From contig NC_069003.1 in assembly GCF_001194135.2 (NCBI RefSeq), positions 1,503,043 through 1,567,042 on the forward strand: 64,000 bases of DNA. The letters run 5' to 3'. This DNA comes from Octopus bimaculoides. Taxonomy: Eukaryota. Made by a program: the position numbers and the translations under genes. The notes below the pieces were generated by a model. It was not told where the DNA came from and searched no databases. It saw only the letters and a program-made list of their open reading frames with translations. Positions within the stretch are counted from its first letter, which is position 1. Every line of letters begins with the position of its first letter. Positions 13,168 to 25,115 of the stretch are shown here, piece by piece.

Positions 13168-13637
13168 ATCGTATATTAAGCAGGACATAATTAGTTCTTT
13201 TCAAAACAGAACTGATTTCACTTAGAGTCGAATACAGCAGTACAAACTTTATTAAATATTACTCTTTATATATGTATGTATGTATGTATGCATGAACGTA
13301 TGTATATATCTATTGTTATGTAGATATATGTGCAAGGGATAGTACGTATGTGCACGTCGGTGTGCGCTTGTGTGTATTTATCTGCATTTGCCAAATAAGA
13401 AATACTAATTACGTTTTATTTGTTTTAAATTATAAATAACAGCTTTACTGAAAAATATTGCCTTTCTTTTCGTACTTGTGAATTGTTTGTTTCCATTCCG
13501 TATGTAACACTGCATGTGATATACTGTGTGCATACGATCTCAAATAATTCCATTGTCGATATCACATCATATATATATATACCCACATTCAAATACATGC
13601 ATACATATACACATATATGTATGCATACATGCTTATG

Positions 13638-13669
<32 letters not shown>

Positions 13670-14513
13670 CATACATACACACACATACATACCACTTATT
13701 ACATTATTTTAATATCGATGTAATAAATATTTCTTTTTATCATGTAATCAATTGATGAATTTTCTAAACTAAATTATATTGCTATTTATATCGAACGAAA
13801 TTAGCAAATAATTTATTGTAATTTTATCTTTTAATTCCAAATCTGTTGAATATATTTATTTTCGAAAATATTTCAAATTCGCCATTCTTGTTACTAATAT
13901 TATAATTTCGTTACATAAGAATGTGAAAGTGCATTTAAATTTACTCCTGCAGCTATTAAAATTATTTTCTACTTTGATGCTAATTCATTTATTTTGAAAA
14001 ATTATATAAATATAATTTTGTCAAATAAAGACTACAATTTAAACCCATTAAAATTCATATGTATTTTTCCAATATTTACTTAATTTCAAACATGTAGTTT
14101 TATCTTTTAAAAATGGTTTAGTAGTTGTTTTATATTATTCATTTTTTAAGCCATAACCTTTTAAGCAGGCGACAACAGTAGATCCAGGACTACCGCACCA
14201 GATTTTATTGATCAGAGCATTTAATCCTACGATATTGAATGAAGTGTAATAACAAAATACATACAGTGAGTTCTTTCCCATGTAATTCGATCAAAGACAA
14301 TATCCTTTTGCTAGACAATCGGTGATGGGTTTTCCTGATGTCCGTAAATCACAGAATTTGTGTCTATCATTATATCTATGATCACACCTAAGATATTTGA
14401 GTTCACGCTCTTTACATGAATAATTTGATAGGCGCCGTTCAAACACAGGAAGCATTAACGCAATTCGCTCATTGTACGTTTCTATAGTACCTTTCTTGAA
14501 TCAGCATGGGATG

Positions 14514-14544
<31 letters not shown>

Positions 14545-14562
14545 TAGTTGACTACGGGTAAG

Positions 14563-14688
14563 TTCAAGAATTGTGAATAATAATAATTGTGTATAATAAT
14601 AAATGTAAAATAATTAAAGACAAACCTTTGTCTTTAATTATTTTACATTTATTATTATACACAATTATTATTATTCACAATTCTTGAA
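14563..14688. repeat. Perfect inverted repeat, 62-bp arms with a 2-nt (CC) spacer
   Basis: 14563-14624 (ttcaagaattgtg...aaagacaaa) is the exact reverse complement of 14627-14688, checked base by base. Confidence 0.97.
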
Positions 14689-14893
14689 ATATATACGTAT
14701 AAAAACACATACATGCGCGTGTCTTAGCACCAACCATCCTCACTACACGGAGAGAAATCATGCATGCATATAAGTAAATGAATGCTAAACTCTACATCTT
14801 TAAGCATTCCCACCTTGAAAAATATGCCTCTTCGTTTCATCTTCGCAACTTCCAGCCAGAATGTGATCGAAATATATATTTTAGTAACTTGTA

Positions 14894-15054
14894 GGCGCAA
14901 GAATGGCTGCGTGTAAGTAGCTTGCTTACCAACCACATGGTTCTGGGTTCAGTCCCACTGCGTGGCACTTTGGGCAAGTGTCTTCTACTATAGCCTCGGG
15001 CCGACCAAAGTCTTGTGAGTGGATTTGGTAGACGGAAACTGAAAGAAGCCCATC

Positions 15055-15100
<46 letters not shown>

Positions 15101-15286
15101 TTGTCTCCCCAACATCGCTTGACAACTGATGCTGGTGTATTTACGTCTCCGTTATCTAGCGGTTCGGCGAAAGAACCGATAGAATAAGTACTAAGCTTGC
15201 AAATAAAAGTCCTGGGGTCGATTTGCTCGACTAAAGGCGGTGCTCCAGCACGGTCGCAGTCAAATGACTGAAACAAGTAAAAGAGT
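14894..15286 (+). mobile_element. tRNA-derived SINE family A (CORE-like central motif, internal (TA)n(TG)n), full length
   Basis: A-box-like tggctgcgtg and B-box-like gggttcagtccc; CORE-like gtggcactttgggcaagtgtctt; 3' end gactgaaacaagtaaaagag. Homologous copies at 16.5, 57.5, 61.9 and 63.6 kb. Family recognised from memory of Octopus repeats. Confidence 0.88.
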
Positions 15287-16455
15287 GAATACTATTATTG
15301 TAATATTTTTTTCGAAGGCTCGTTCTTAGTATCTCACACACACACTTTCTCACTTTGTCTCTGTCTCTCTCTCCCTGCGCATTGTTCTCCACTTCCTTCT
15401 CATGAAAGACAAACATTCCGAAACAGCAACACATTTCATACGTATGTCAGTCCTTCAACTAACACTGTATCTAACACGCTTCTATACTCCTTTCCTTGTT
15501 TTATTTCTATATATATATATATATAATATAAATATATATATATATAATATAAATATATATATAATATAAATATATATTTTTACTATTATTATCATATTAC
15601 GTATAATATACTTTATTGTATTACATATATTGCAACTTATTGCCTGCAGGATAATATAATATTACAAGATAGTAATGTATAGTATATTACATAATTCTGC
15701 TTACCATAGTAATACTAATAACCTATTGCTAGATTTCTGAATACTTATTAATATGTGTTACCTAAAAGCATCGCCAGTGGTACAGTGTGAAGATACAATT
15801 ATCTATACTTTCAAAGTCTCATATAACCTGTACCAGCAGAACAGAACAAATATACCCGTTAACAAATAACAAAAGGAAACTAAAAATATAATTGGATTTG
15901 CTATCTTAGAGTTGTTTCAATGACAAGAGCCAGGCATAGTAAAACGAATATTTGTCTGTAATCATATAGTGTCATCGCAGTTATAATCATGTACTTTTGT
16001 TGAGGAAAGCGTCTACAAATTGAGATATGCACAGTGACACAAACACGCGCATATATATATATACAAACATAGACTTCTATAGACTCGATTAGAAATGTGT
16101 ACATAAATGTATGGATATTAACGTTTGTTTTTATGTTCAGTTATAATAAAAACAATTTACCATTAATCTGGTGTGCTACTCGATACATTTGTAGAATATG
16201 AATTTATTATTCTTAAACAAGAACATTATTGTAGATCATTTCGAAGTTTGTCAGTTAAGACGTGTATGTGTGTGTTTACATATACATACATATATACATA
16301 TACACATGCATAGAAGCATAATATTTACCAAGGCAAATAGGAATATATATACATATAATTTTTTTTCTATCAATGTCTGAGCATTTGTCTCGTTATAATT
16401 ATGCGAACAAAATATATAAAAAACATGAAGACAAAAAATGTAAAATGTAGAGATA

Positions 16456-17145
16456 GGCGCAGGAGTGGCTATGTGGTAATTAGCTTGCCTACCAACCACA
16501 TGGTTCCAAGTTCAGTCTCACTGCGTGCTACCTTCGGCAAGTGTTTAACTACAATAGCCTCGGGTCGACGAAATCCTTTTGAGTAGATTTCGTAGACGGA
16601 AACTAAAAGATGCCTGTCGTATATATATGATATATATAATTAGCACGAGGGTCGATTCATTCAAGTAAATGAGCAAGTGCCTCTGTTGTGCCGCATATGC
16701 AAGAAAGTGGATGAAACCATTGCCCATTTGACGAACGAATACCCTAGACGTGCCCAAAACCGCTAGAATGTGTGGCGACACGACCAGGAAGCAAAACTGC
16801 TCCAATGGCAACTAAACGTAAAGTGGGGGCTGGAGACAGGTAAGACGTGGTATGAGCACAAACCTGAGAGAGTGACGGAATCGGAGACTTGCAAAATATT
16901 CTGGGATTACGGTTTCAGAAACGGAATGAAGCTGGTCTGTATCTGTTTGCCTGCGTCTGTGTTTGTCTCGCTCCACCGTTTAACAACCGGTGCGGGTTTG
17001 TTTACCGCAAAAGCGACCGATTGAATAAATATGAACCTCAATAATTAGCACGAGGGTCGATTCATTCAAGTAAAAAAAAAAAAAAATCTCTATGGTGGTT
17101 CCCCCTCAAGGGCACTGTTCAATAACTGAAGCAATAAGCAAAAGA
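16456..17145 (+). mobile_element. SINE family A copy interrupted by a LINE fragment
   Basis: 16456-16625 aligns to 14894-15060. About 16945-17145 aligns to the 3' half (gtgtttgtctc...caaccggtgc...gaccgattgaataa...gggtcgatt...actgaagcaataagcaaaaga). Confidence 0.8.
16670..16912 (+). mobile_element. Decayed R4/Dong-like (R2-superfamily, RLE) non-LTR retrotransposon fragment: CCHC zinc knuckle to start of endonuclease
   Basis: One frame reads LLCRICKKVDETIAHLTNEYPRRAQNR*NVWRHDQEAKLLQWQLNVKWGLETGKTWYEHKPERVTESETCKIFWDY. This matches the family pattern CRxCxxxxETxxHxxxxC...RHD/NxV...KILWDF. It has one in-frame stop and the last Cys is changed to Tyr. Confidence 0.85.
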
Positions 17146-17148
17146 TTT

Positions 17149-17199
<51 letters not shown>

Positions 17200-17946
17200 A
17201 ATATATGAGTATATACATGTATGTACATACCTTCATCTACATGTACATATAGATATATATCTGGGTACATGACGTTGCAAAAGAACATGGACAAATTGAT
17301 AAACAAGGTACAACAAACAAGCAGGCCACATAGAGAACATAACATTCATCAGCTGCCACCATTAAAACACCGGCGTTTCGAAGAGTTAGGGCAGGACGCA
17401 TCGTTAAAATGGCTCTTCCCACGAACACAAATTAAATTTTTTTCGTGGAAGATAGTGGCGGACGGAAAACAAGACAGGAAAACAAAACGGTGAAATAAAC
17501 AAAAAAAAAAAAGGCTGTACAGCCAGACGTGGAGAAGTATGTATGTATTGAACGCTGTGAAGCACGAACTGGAGAGGCTATATCTCCGTGCAGTAGGTGT
17601 ATTATCCACATATGTAAGTATTACATTGAAAGAATGGAAAATGGCGAAGAGAGAGAGACAGACAGACAGACGTAAAATGAGTATGGCATTAAAAGAAGTG
17701 AATATGCTAAATGTGTCACTGAATTGCATGTCATTGTGTAACCGATTTTCATTAAACAAAATTGGTACTCAATAGAGAATTAAAGAATGAAAAGAAAAAG
17801 ATTTTCCTTCTGACGCACAGAAGAACCATTCTTTTGGTTTATTTCATTTCGTTTTATTCGATTTGACATCACTCATAACCAAAGAGATTGAAACGTTCAG
17901 AACTAAGCACAACATTGTCATTTTTCTATTTGATACTGCGTCTTCA

Positions 17947-18025
<79 letters not shown>

Positions 18026-18143
18026 ATGTACATACACACAGATGCACATACACTCACGCAAACACACACACTTGTATGCTTGTATGTATTTGTACATGTA
18101 TTGTGTTTACAGATATATGTATATATATATATATATAGATGTA

Positions 18144-18146
<3 letters not shown>

Positions 18147-18210
<64 letters not shown>
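18147..18210. repeat. (CA)n microsatellite within a compound (TA)/(TG)/(CA) tract
   Basis: Direct reading. Representative of many similar tracts (e.g. 17.15, 17.96, 20.47, 23.14, 36.70, 37.10, 41.48, 45.09 and 53.94 kb). Confidence 0.97.
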
Positions 18211-18223
<13 letters not shown>

Positions 18224-19134
18224 CACACACACATACATTTATATATGTGTATGTTTGCATGTGTGTCTGTGTGTCACTGTATGAAATTACATTTTGTGTA
18301 TTTTTTGATAAAATTCATCTTTAGCTAGATCACGTTTTGTGCATGTTGCATTATTTTATATCTACTTAGGTTTTATTCAGTGTATACGTATAATAATATA
18401 TCTATCTACGCAGCCAATCGGATACAGAGAGAGAGAGAGATATATACACACAGGTACATACACGCAGACGCATACATATATTATATGGGTGTATGTGTAC
18501 ATCTCTTAGTATTTTGGAATGCCAGTCTACATAGACAGAAAAACAATGAAAAAAATTTATATGGATCTCATTTCCTTTGAAGATACAATATTTAATTTAT
18601 TTCTTTAATTTATTTTTACTGCAATTTCTCATATTTTCAGATTATTACCTGAGTAAACAACACAAAAAAATTAGCGAAATGATTATTATTATGAGAGAAC
18701 AAATGTTTTGGTGCGACACATTTATTCTGATAATCTAGAATGATTACTTAATGGTACAAAAGAGTTGGATATCGTCCATTTCCAATTGCTAACGTGATCT
18801 ATAACCGAGCATATCGCTCACATATTTATGTGCACACACCCTTGCATTTATATATACATGCATATATGCATATGTGTGTGTCTCTATGTACATATATGTA
18901 TGTAGATATGTGTATATATATAAACATATGCAGTTTACTTTTCAACCTGGTCCCTCTGATGGTCTACCCACTGCTTCCATCGGTGTTGCCATGCTTGGGT
19001 CCTATTTGTGAAGAATCTAACATCCTATTGCTCAAAAAACTTAACAGATATGATACAGTTCTATTTTTAAGAGATGAGGAATTATGTACATTATTTACAG
19101 TTGACGGATATTTGTCCTCATCATGTTTGTTGTT

Positions 19135-19180
19135 AACACAACGTTTTGGCTGATATACCCGTAAGCCTTCATCAGGTGTT
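19135..19180 (-). ncRNA. Second hammerhead copy (perfect helix I, core GAAA mutated to AAAA)
   Basis: Reverse complement reads aacac-CTGATGA-a-ggct(tacgggtatatc)agcc-AAAA-cgtt-gtgtt. Helix I aacac/gtgtt pairs fully, but conserved G12 is lost. Confidence 0.6.
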
Positions 19181-19398
19181 TTGGGGAAATTTCGAACCTG
19201 GTTTCTCATTCCTAAGGTATTTTTCGATGTTGTTGTTGTTATTCGGGTCACTGCCTGGAATCGAACTCGGGCATATGGCGTAGTTGTTAAGAGCGCGGGC
19301 TGCTAACCCCAAGATTCCAATTTCGATTCCAGGCAGTGACTGATGATAACATCGAAAAATACATTAGGAATGAGAACCCAGATTTGAAATTTCCCCAA

Positions 19399-19444
19399 TA
19401 AACCTGATGAAGGCTGGAGGGTATATCAGCTGAAACGTTGTGTT
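19399..19444 (+). ncRNA. Minimal type I hammerhead ribozyme motif (core intact, helix I weakened)
   Basis: taaac-CTGATGA-a-ggctg(gagggtatat)cagct-GAAA-cgtt-gtgtt. Both core boxes are present, with helix II gctg/cagc, palindromic AACGTT in place of helix III, and a GUU cleavage triplet. Helix I (taaac/gtgtt) has mismatches. Confidence 0.7.
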
Positions 19445-20467
19445 AACAACAAATATCCGTCAAATGTCAATGTAAATAATGAACAGATACGTCATCACTA
19501 TCATATCGCTTCCAAGTAACGTCTATTTTTTCATGTTGGGGAATAAATGATAGTCAAACGGGACTACACCATCTATCGTTTGCTCAGTTTGTTGTACGTA
19601 AGCAATATCATTGTAATGAAGATCAATGTTAGCCAATGGTTCATTGATTGATTCTTCAGTTCTTCTTAGAACATCCAGTTAAAAAATGCGACTGTTTTAC
19701 ACGCTTGCACCGTCATTAGAAACTAGAATAAATATTTCAACTCGCTACTGAAAGACGCATTTCTAATTACTGTTATTAGTTATTTCCCCATTATATCGTG
19801 CAAGTGTAGTGCTATTTTAAGACAATTGCGGGGGAGGGGGCAATATATAGTAGGAAAGACCGCTTATTCCCTGTCTAGATTAAGGAGACATTGCTGTGAC
19901 ATTTAAGTTCTAAAGAGTGAGAAATTTTCTCAGCTGTGCCAAGTATACTCAGAGATATTTAGAGTTGGTGTACATATGAAAGTTGCGAATGCCGTAATTC
20001 TTTATGAATTTTCGATGTTTGCTTTTCGTTAATCTTACTCGATAATTGTGTTTTGTTCAGAAATTTATTTTTCGTATGGTGAAACCAGAAAATATATTCT
20101 GTTTTGTACTACATTTTTTATTCATAAAATTATATTTGAACAATATAGAAGCCTCATTATTGTATTGTGTCCCATGATGTTACTTAAGGGCAGCAAAGGG
20201 ATTTTCGTAACGAAGCGCTGTTAAATGTCTTTATGCGCAAGAAAAGCCATCTTTTTGGGGGTACATCAGTTTGCAGACAGCCTTTCCCTAGCTGCTTTTA
20301 GTCCGGGCTTCAGATTGCTGGTCTTCTTAAGGCAATTGTGGTGTCCCTTTCGTAGCCATATGCAACTACTGACTGCGGCGTTATTCTGTATTTTAGTGAA
20401 GTTTAAATGTATGTGTGTTTATGTCATTCGTTAGGCAAAATGCAACTTTAAACATGAGTCCCTCTTT

Positions 20468-20512
<45 letters not shown>

Positions 20513-21550
20513 TTGTGTCTGTATCTGTGTTTATATATATATAAGGAACAAAAGACATCATAGACAGATACTTATCTCAAATACACACACATCGATATTT
20601 ATGTACAGAAGAAGATAGATAGAGAGAGAGAGAGAGAGAGTGTGTGAAAGATAGATTATTGAATGATGGCCTGATATATAGATGGATATGCATAGAAAGG
20701 AATACAAACAAATCATTACAATGAATGAGAAGATTGTGAATTTGATATTAACACGGCAGAGAAAGACAAAATCAGATAGACAGATTGGAAGACGATGTAG
20801 TAAAACAACCGAAAAGGTAGAAAATAAAAATTTCTTAAAATATATAAACCAAACGCAATTCCTAAACAGATAATTAGATTCTTTATGAATAAAAATGGAA
20901 AATCTGCGCAATAATAAATAACTGAAGAAAGAAAATTGTAAGAAAACACGAAAAAGAAAAAAATTAAAGACAGAAGCCTACAAAAGAAAGAGAAAATACA
21001 TAGCACACCTTTATTCTAGTTTATAGTCGACCAATATTGTCGTAAAGTGGGAACTGATTGGCATTCATTGCAAGCACGTTTAATATTGGAAGTTTTTTTG
21101 TTTAAAGATTCAACTGTCTAGGGGGATATTTCTAGAAATCATCCAATAAAAATGCATAAAGCAAAAATAAAAAAAACAAAATTAAAATACCAGAACTAAA
21201 GACACAAAATGAAGGGGGGAAAAAGCGTAAATTAGCGATAAAAAAGAGCAATAACAAGGTAAAAAAAATAAATATTTAATACGAAAGAAAAAAGAAGAAT
21301 GGAGGAAAAAAAATTGAAAACAATAAATGGTATGATGAAGAATAAGGAATAAAAACAAAAGATGGCAAGTATCAAAAGAATCAAGAATGAAAAATGGAGA
21401 AAAATAAATAAAAATGATATATCGAAAAACTCGATTATAAGGATATATGAGGGAAAACACCATTTCTTGCCCGTTCTAAATCTTCCCCCTATTTATCTCT
21501 GATTCTGTCTGAATGTATGTTTGCATATATACGTACGTACATACATACAT

Positions 21551-21587
<37 letters not shown>

Positions 21588-21765
21588 ATATGCATGCATG
21601 CATATATGCGTGTGTGTGAATGTGTGTATATCTTTGCATCTAGCTGTATATATATATGCGTGTATATAAGTATATACATATATATATATATAAGTGTGTG
21701 TGCGTGTATATATGCATATATATATGTGTGTGTGTGTATGTATGTATATATGTATATATATGTGC

Positions 21766-21807
<42 letters not shown>

Positions 21808-22237
21808 AATAATTGTGTATTAGAGATGCACAAACGTGATTGATGAAAATCTGAATTAAAAACAAAAACCTATACAATGAACCAACAAGCAAGGACTTAG
21901 AACAATGTATAATATTTATGAAAGAATAAACGGAGAAAAGTGTGTATGAGTGAAACAATTTGATAAAGACAAAGGGAGAACCATAAACAAAAGAAATACG
22001 ACTTTATGATTATGAAACGTGGAAATTATAATGTCTAAATTCTCTCAGGATACGCGATTATATTAGATCAAATCTGATAACTATTGAAGAAACATGATTT
22101 CCTGCAATGTCTTTCAATGTATGACATGGATGTGGCGTATATCTTTCAAAATATGAGTACATGTGTTTGTATGCGAGTATGCATGTGTTTACGTGCGTAG
22201 CTATCCATGTCTCTCTGTCTATCTTTCTCTTTCTATG

Positions 22238-22272
<35 letters not shown>

Positions 22273-23133
22273 AACACATACATATGTAAAGGTTCTATGA
22301 ATGTGTTGATCTTGCTCTCAATCCTTCTCAGTGTATATATACGTGTGTGTATGTGTGTGCATATTTGTATTTTGTGTCTGTTTTTGTCCCCTTCGTTCTT
22401 TAGTCGCTTCTGATCTGTGCTGTGTGTTATTGTTGCAGTCTGTTGAAAGTTCAAAGAAGAGCAAGGCTGGCCAGTACTCTACCAACATGCTCAAGCAGAA
22501 CACAGACGCTCTGTTAATAGCATAGCGATTAAGGTGTTATCAACGCATAGAACTGACACGGCACTTAAACAGATCACAGAAGCTACACACATAGCAAAAG
22601 ACAGAGCGAACCAAAATGGCTGCTGTTTCTAGCATGGTGGTATCAGTTACAATTTTATCAATAATTATTACCTACAATGTTTTTCTTCCCATGCTGGCCA
22701 CTTGATATGATCGACATCTTAAATAATAGTCTTATCGTTATTTATATAAAAATTTATAGATATTCACTTCGTTATTATATTCACTGCGGTGGTATTTTGT
22801 CCAAAGAGAACGTAGTGTTTAGATGGACATCGATCTAACCTGCATATGTTCCGATAAGGAAATACTGTTCTTCGACTGATTATGTAATACATTATTATAC
22901 AAAAATATGATCCAGCAACGTTAAACTTGGCTTTAATATATCCAGCGATATCAGTTGAGCGAAATCACGATTCAAGCCTGTATTGGCAGATTTTCTATGA
23001 ACGTATGTATACATATGCATATATATTTAGACGACCATGTGTATCGGAGTGCATACATAGATTTTAGGTATATAAAAATATGTGTGCATATATATATATA
23101 TATGTTCGTGTGTATGTTGTTTATACACTGCAG

Positions 23134-23187
<54 letters not shown>

Positions 23188-23536
23188 GGAGAGAGAGAGA
23201 GATGTTTTGTGATAAACGCGAATGCGTGGATCTGCAGTCGCACGTTTAATTGCATAAGCTAGAGCATATAGCTCCAAATGCTAACATGCTGGAAACACAG
23301 AATAATAACACGAATTTCTTGGTATTGTAGAAAGCTTAGCTTTTATTACATAGTTATACATTGTGTATAAGTTCACTGTTATATATGACTTGCACTTAAT
23401 GTATATGTCATATTCAATGTGTATTATGTACGCTTAACATATGTATAACATTATATGTAAGTATGAGGAAGTGCCTTTCTGTATGCATAAGTACATGTTT
23501 GCACATATATATATACATACACACATATATATATAT

Positions 23537-23572
<36 letters not shown>

Positions 23573-24337
23573 CCATATACACACGCACATATACATATAT
23601 AGATATATATTTACATATATATATATACATATACCTATATATATATTCATACATATGTATGTGTGTACACATATAGTTATATATGCCTGATGTATATATG
23701 CATATAAATGTTGCTATATATATAAGCACATATGCATATGGTGATGCATACGTGCACACAAAGAAGCATAAACACGCACATAACCAGATATATATATATA
23801 TATGTGTATGTACATAGGAAATTGCGATGTTTGTGTGCAACAGTTTTGATGTTTGAATATACACCTATCTATGTCCTTAGATGTCATAAAGAATGACAAG
23901 TGTAGCAACGATGATGTCTTTCGGGTATATTATTTGAAGCTTCCAAAGTCACAATTAGTTCTAAGAAACAAGGTTCACTGGGATTTCAGGTGTTCATTTA
24001 TAGGAAACACATCCAAAGGTATCTATCAAAGAAGCGAATTTATAACGACAAAATCACACGCCTCACCTATTCATATATTTATATACTTGTTCATACACAA
24101 ATAGAAACTCTATCGCGCAAGCAAACGCACGTATGCACAAGCGGTACGATTTGTGCATAGTAATATATTCCAAGGTACACATACGCAAGTGTGTAAATAC
24201 ATTTTGCTATATACATATATATTCATATCTACATATTTATCTAACTATATATATATATATATATATTTATAGGAAATAACGAGGTAGATATCTACGTATG
24301 CATAGTACCTATTTATATCTTTTTGTCTGTCTGTCTG

Positions 24338-24381
<44 letters not shown>

Positions 24382-24509
24382 AAATCGAATAAAAATGAGA
24401 GATGGAAACTGTCAATGTTCAGAGTAAAAAAATTAATGCGGGACAGTTGAGTTTTATATTCCATAAGTTCTGAAAATTAATTAGCTGCCACCGATGAGCG
24501 ACGAAGAGC

Positions 24510-24800
24510 CAGGGCAGCTCCATTTGTGAGCAAGAAAGAGAAACAGGCCCAATGATATTTCTAGTGTTGATATGTAACGAGAAGTGGTACATCATCGGCT
24601 AGAACTATTAAAATTCCTGGTTGTGTGGTGCTGGGCGTTGTGGATATTCTTATTAGGACATTGCTGATGTTCTTATCACTGTAAAGGGAAGGAGAGATAG
24701 TGCAGGTAAGCTAGGAACGCTTCTGTGGCAAGAAGATAAAACACGAAAGTGGAGGATGAGTTGTGTCTTTAATTGAGAGGATGCACGTATGGAGGCTAAA
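24510..24800 (-). mobile_element. Penelope-like element relic: linker upstream of GIY-YIG endonuclease (inverted piece)
   Basis: Minus strand, with frameshifts: LKTQLILHFRVLSS...SDKNISNVLIRISTTPSTTQPG...SSR*CTTSRYI.NTRNIIGP. This matches the recalled PLE pattern II.xNFxxL...RDKNIxNxLVRS...QPGTFxCxRxRCxTCPFIxN...ISGP. Confidence 0.65.
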
Positions 24801-24837
24801 GTGACTCAGCGTCATATTTTTCCGAACGTTTGTCTCG

Positions 24838-25115
24838 TATCGCGTAACCAAAGATAGTAAGCCATATGCAATATTTGTGGTGACGCACTTTACATTGGGC
24901 AAACAGCAGGACGTCTTACTTATCGTCTTGCTTTCGTTTACTACGTGTGTCTTGCCCACCTGTTGACACACTCTTCAACATTACAGGCAGGGCATCACTC
25001 ATCAGTGTACGTATCGGCACGTAGAGTGGTTCCACATTGTCAAGGTAACAGTGTCACACAACGTTTCCTATGTGACGTTGGCACCCTGTCACCACCTCTT
25101 AATTCCTTGAAGCCT
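24838..25115 (+). mobile_element. Penelope-like element relic: GIY-YIG endonuclease C-terminal part
   Basis: With frameshifts: AICNICGDALYIGQTAGRLTYRL...PPVDTLFNITG...QRFLCDVGTLSPPLN. This matches VIYxIxCxxCxxxYIGxTGRxLxxR...PVAxHFN...EQxxIFxxGTLxPxGLN. Confidence 0.75.

Larger units (their letters stand above)
19055..19485. mobile_element. Inverted (head-to-head) pair of a tRNA-headed SINE-like element with a hammerhead-bearing, Penelope-like tail
   Basis: 19085-19265 is the reverse complement of ~19322-19485, apart from a short deletion in the right arm. The centre (19268-19340) is tRNA-like: A-box tggcgtagttgtt, anticodon-like arm cgggctgctaacccc, B-box-like ttcgattcc. Confidence 0.85.

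Noticed and set aside
12198-13190. ORFs across the 220-bp repeat with repeating peptides
   Set aside because: Unit lengths of 220, 221 and 200 are not multiples of 3, so the frame shifts every unit. This is a non-coding satellite.
19268-19340. Functional tRNA gene
   Set aside because: It lacks a proper acceptor stem and T-arm pairing, continues into an element body and has no terminator. It is treated as a SINE head.
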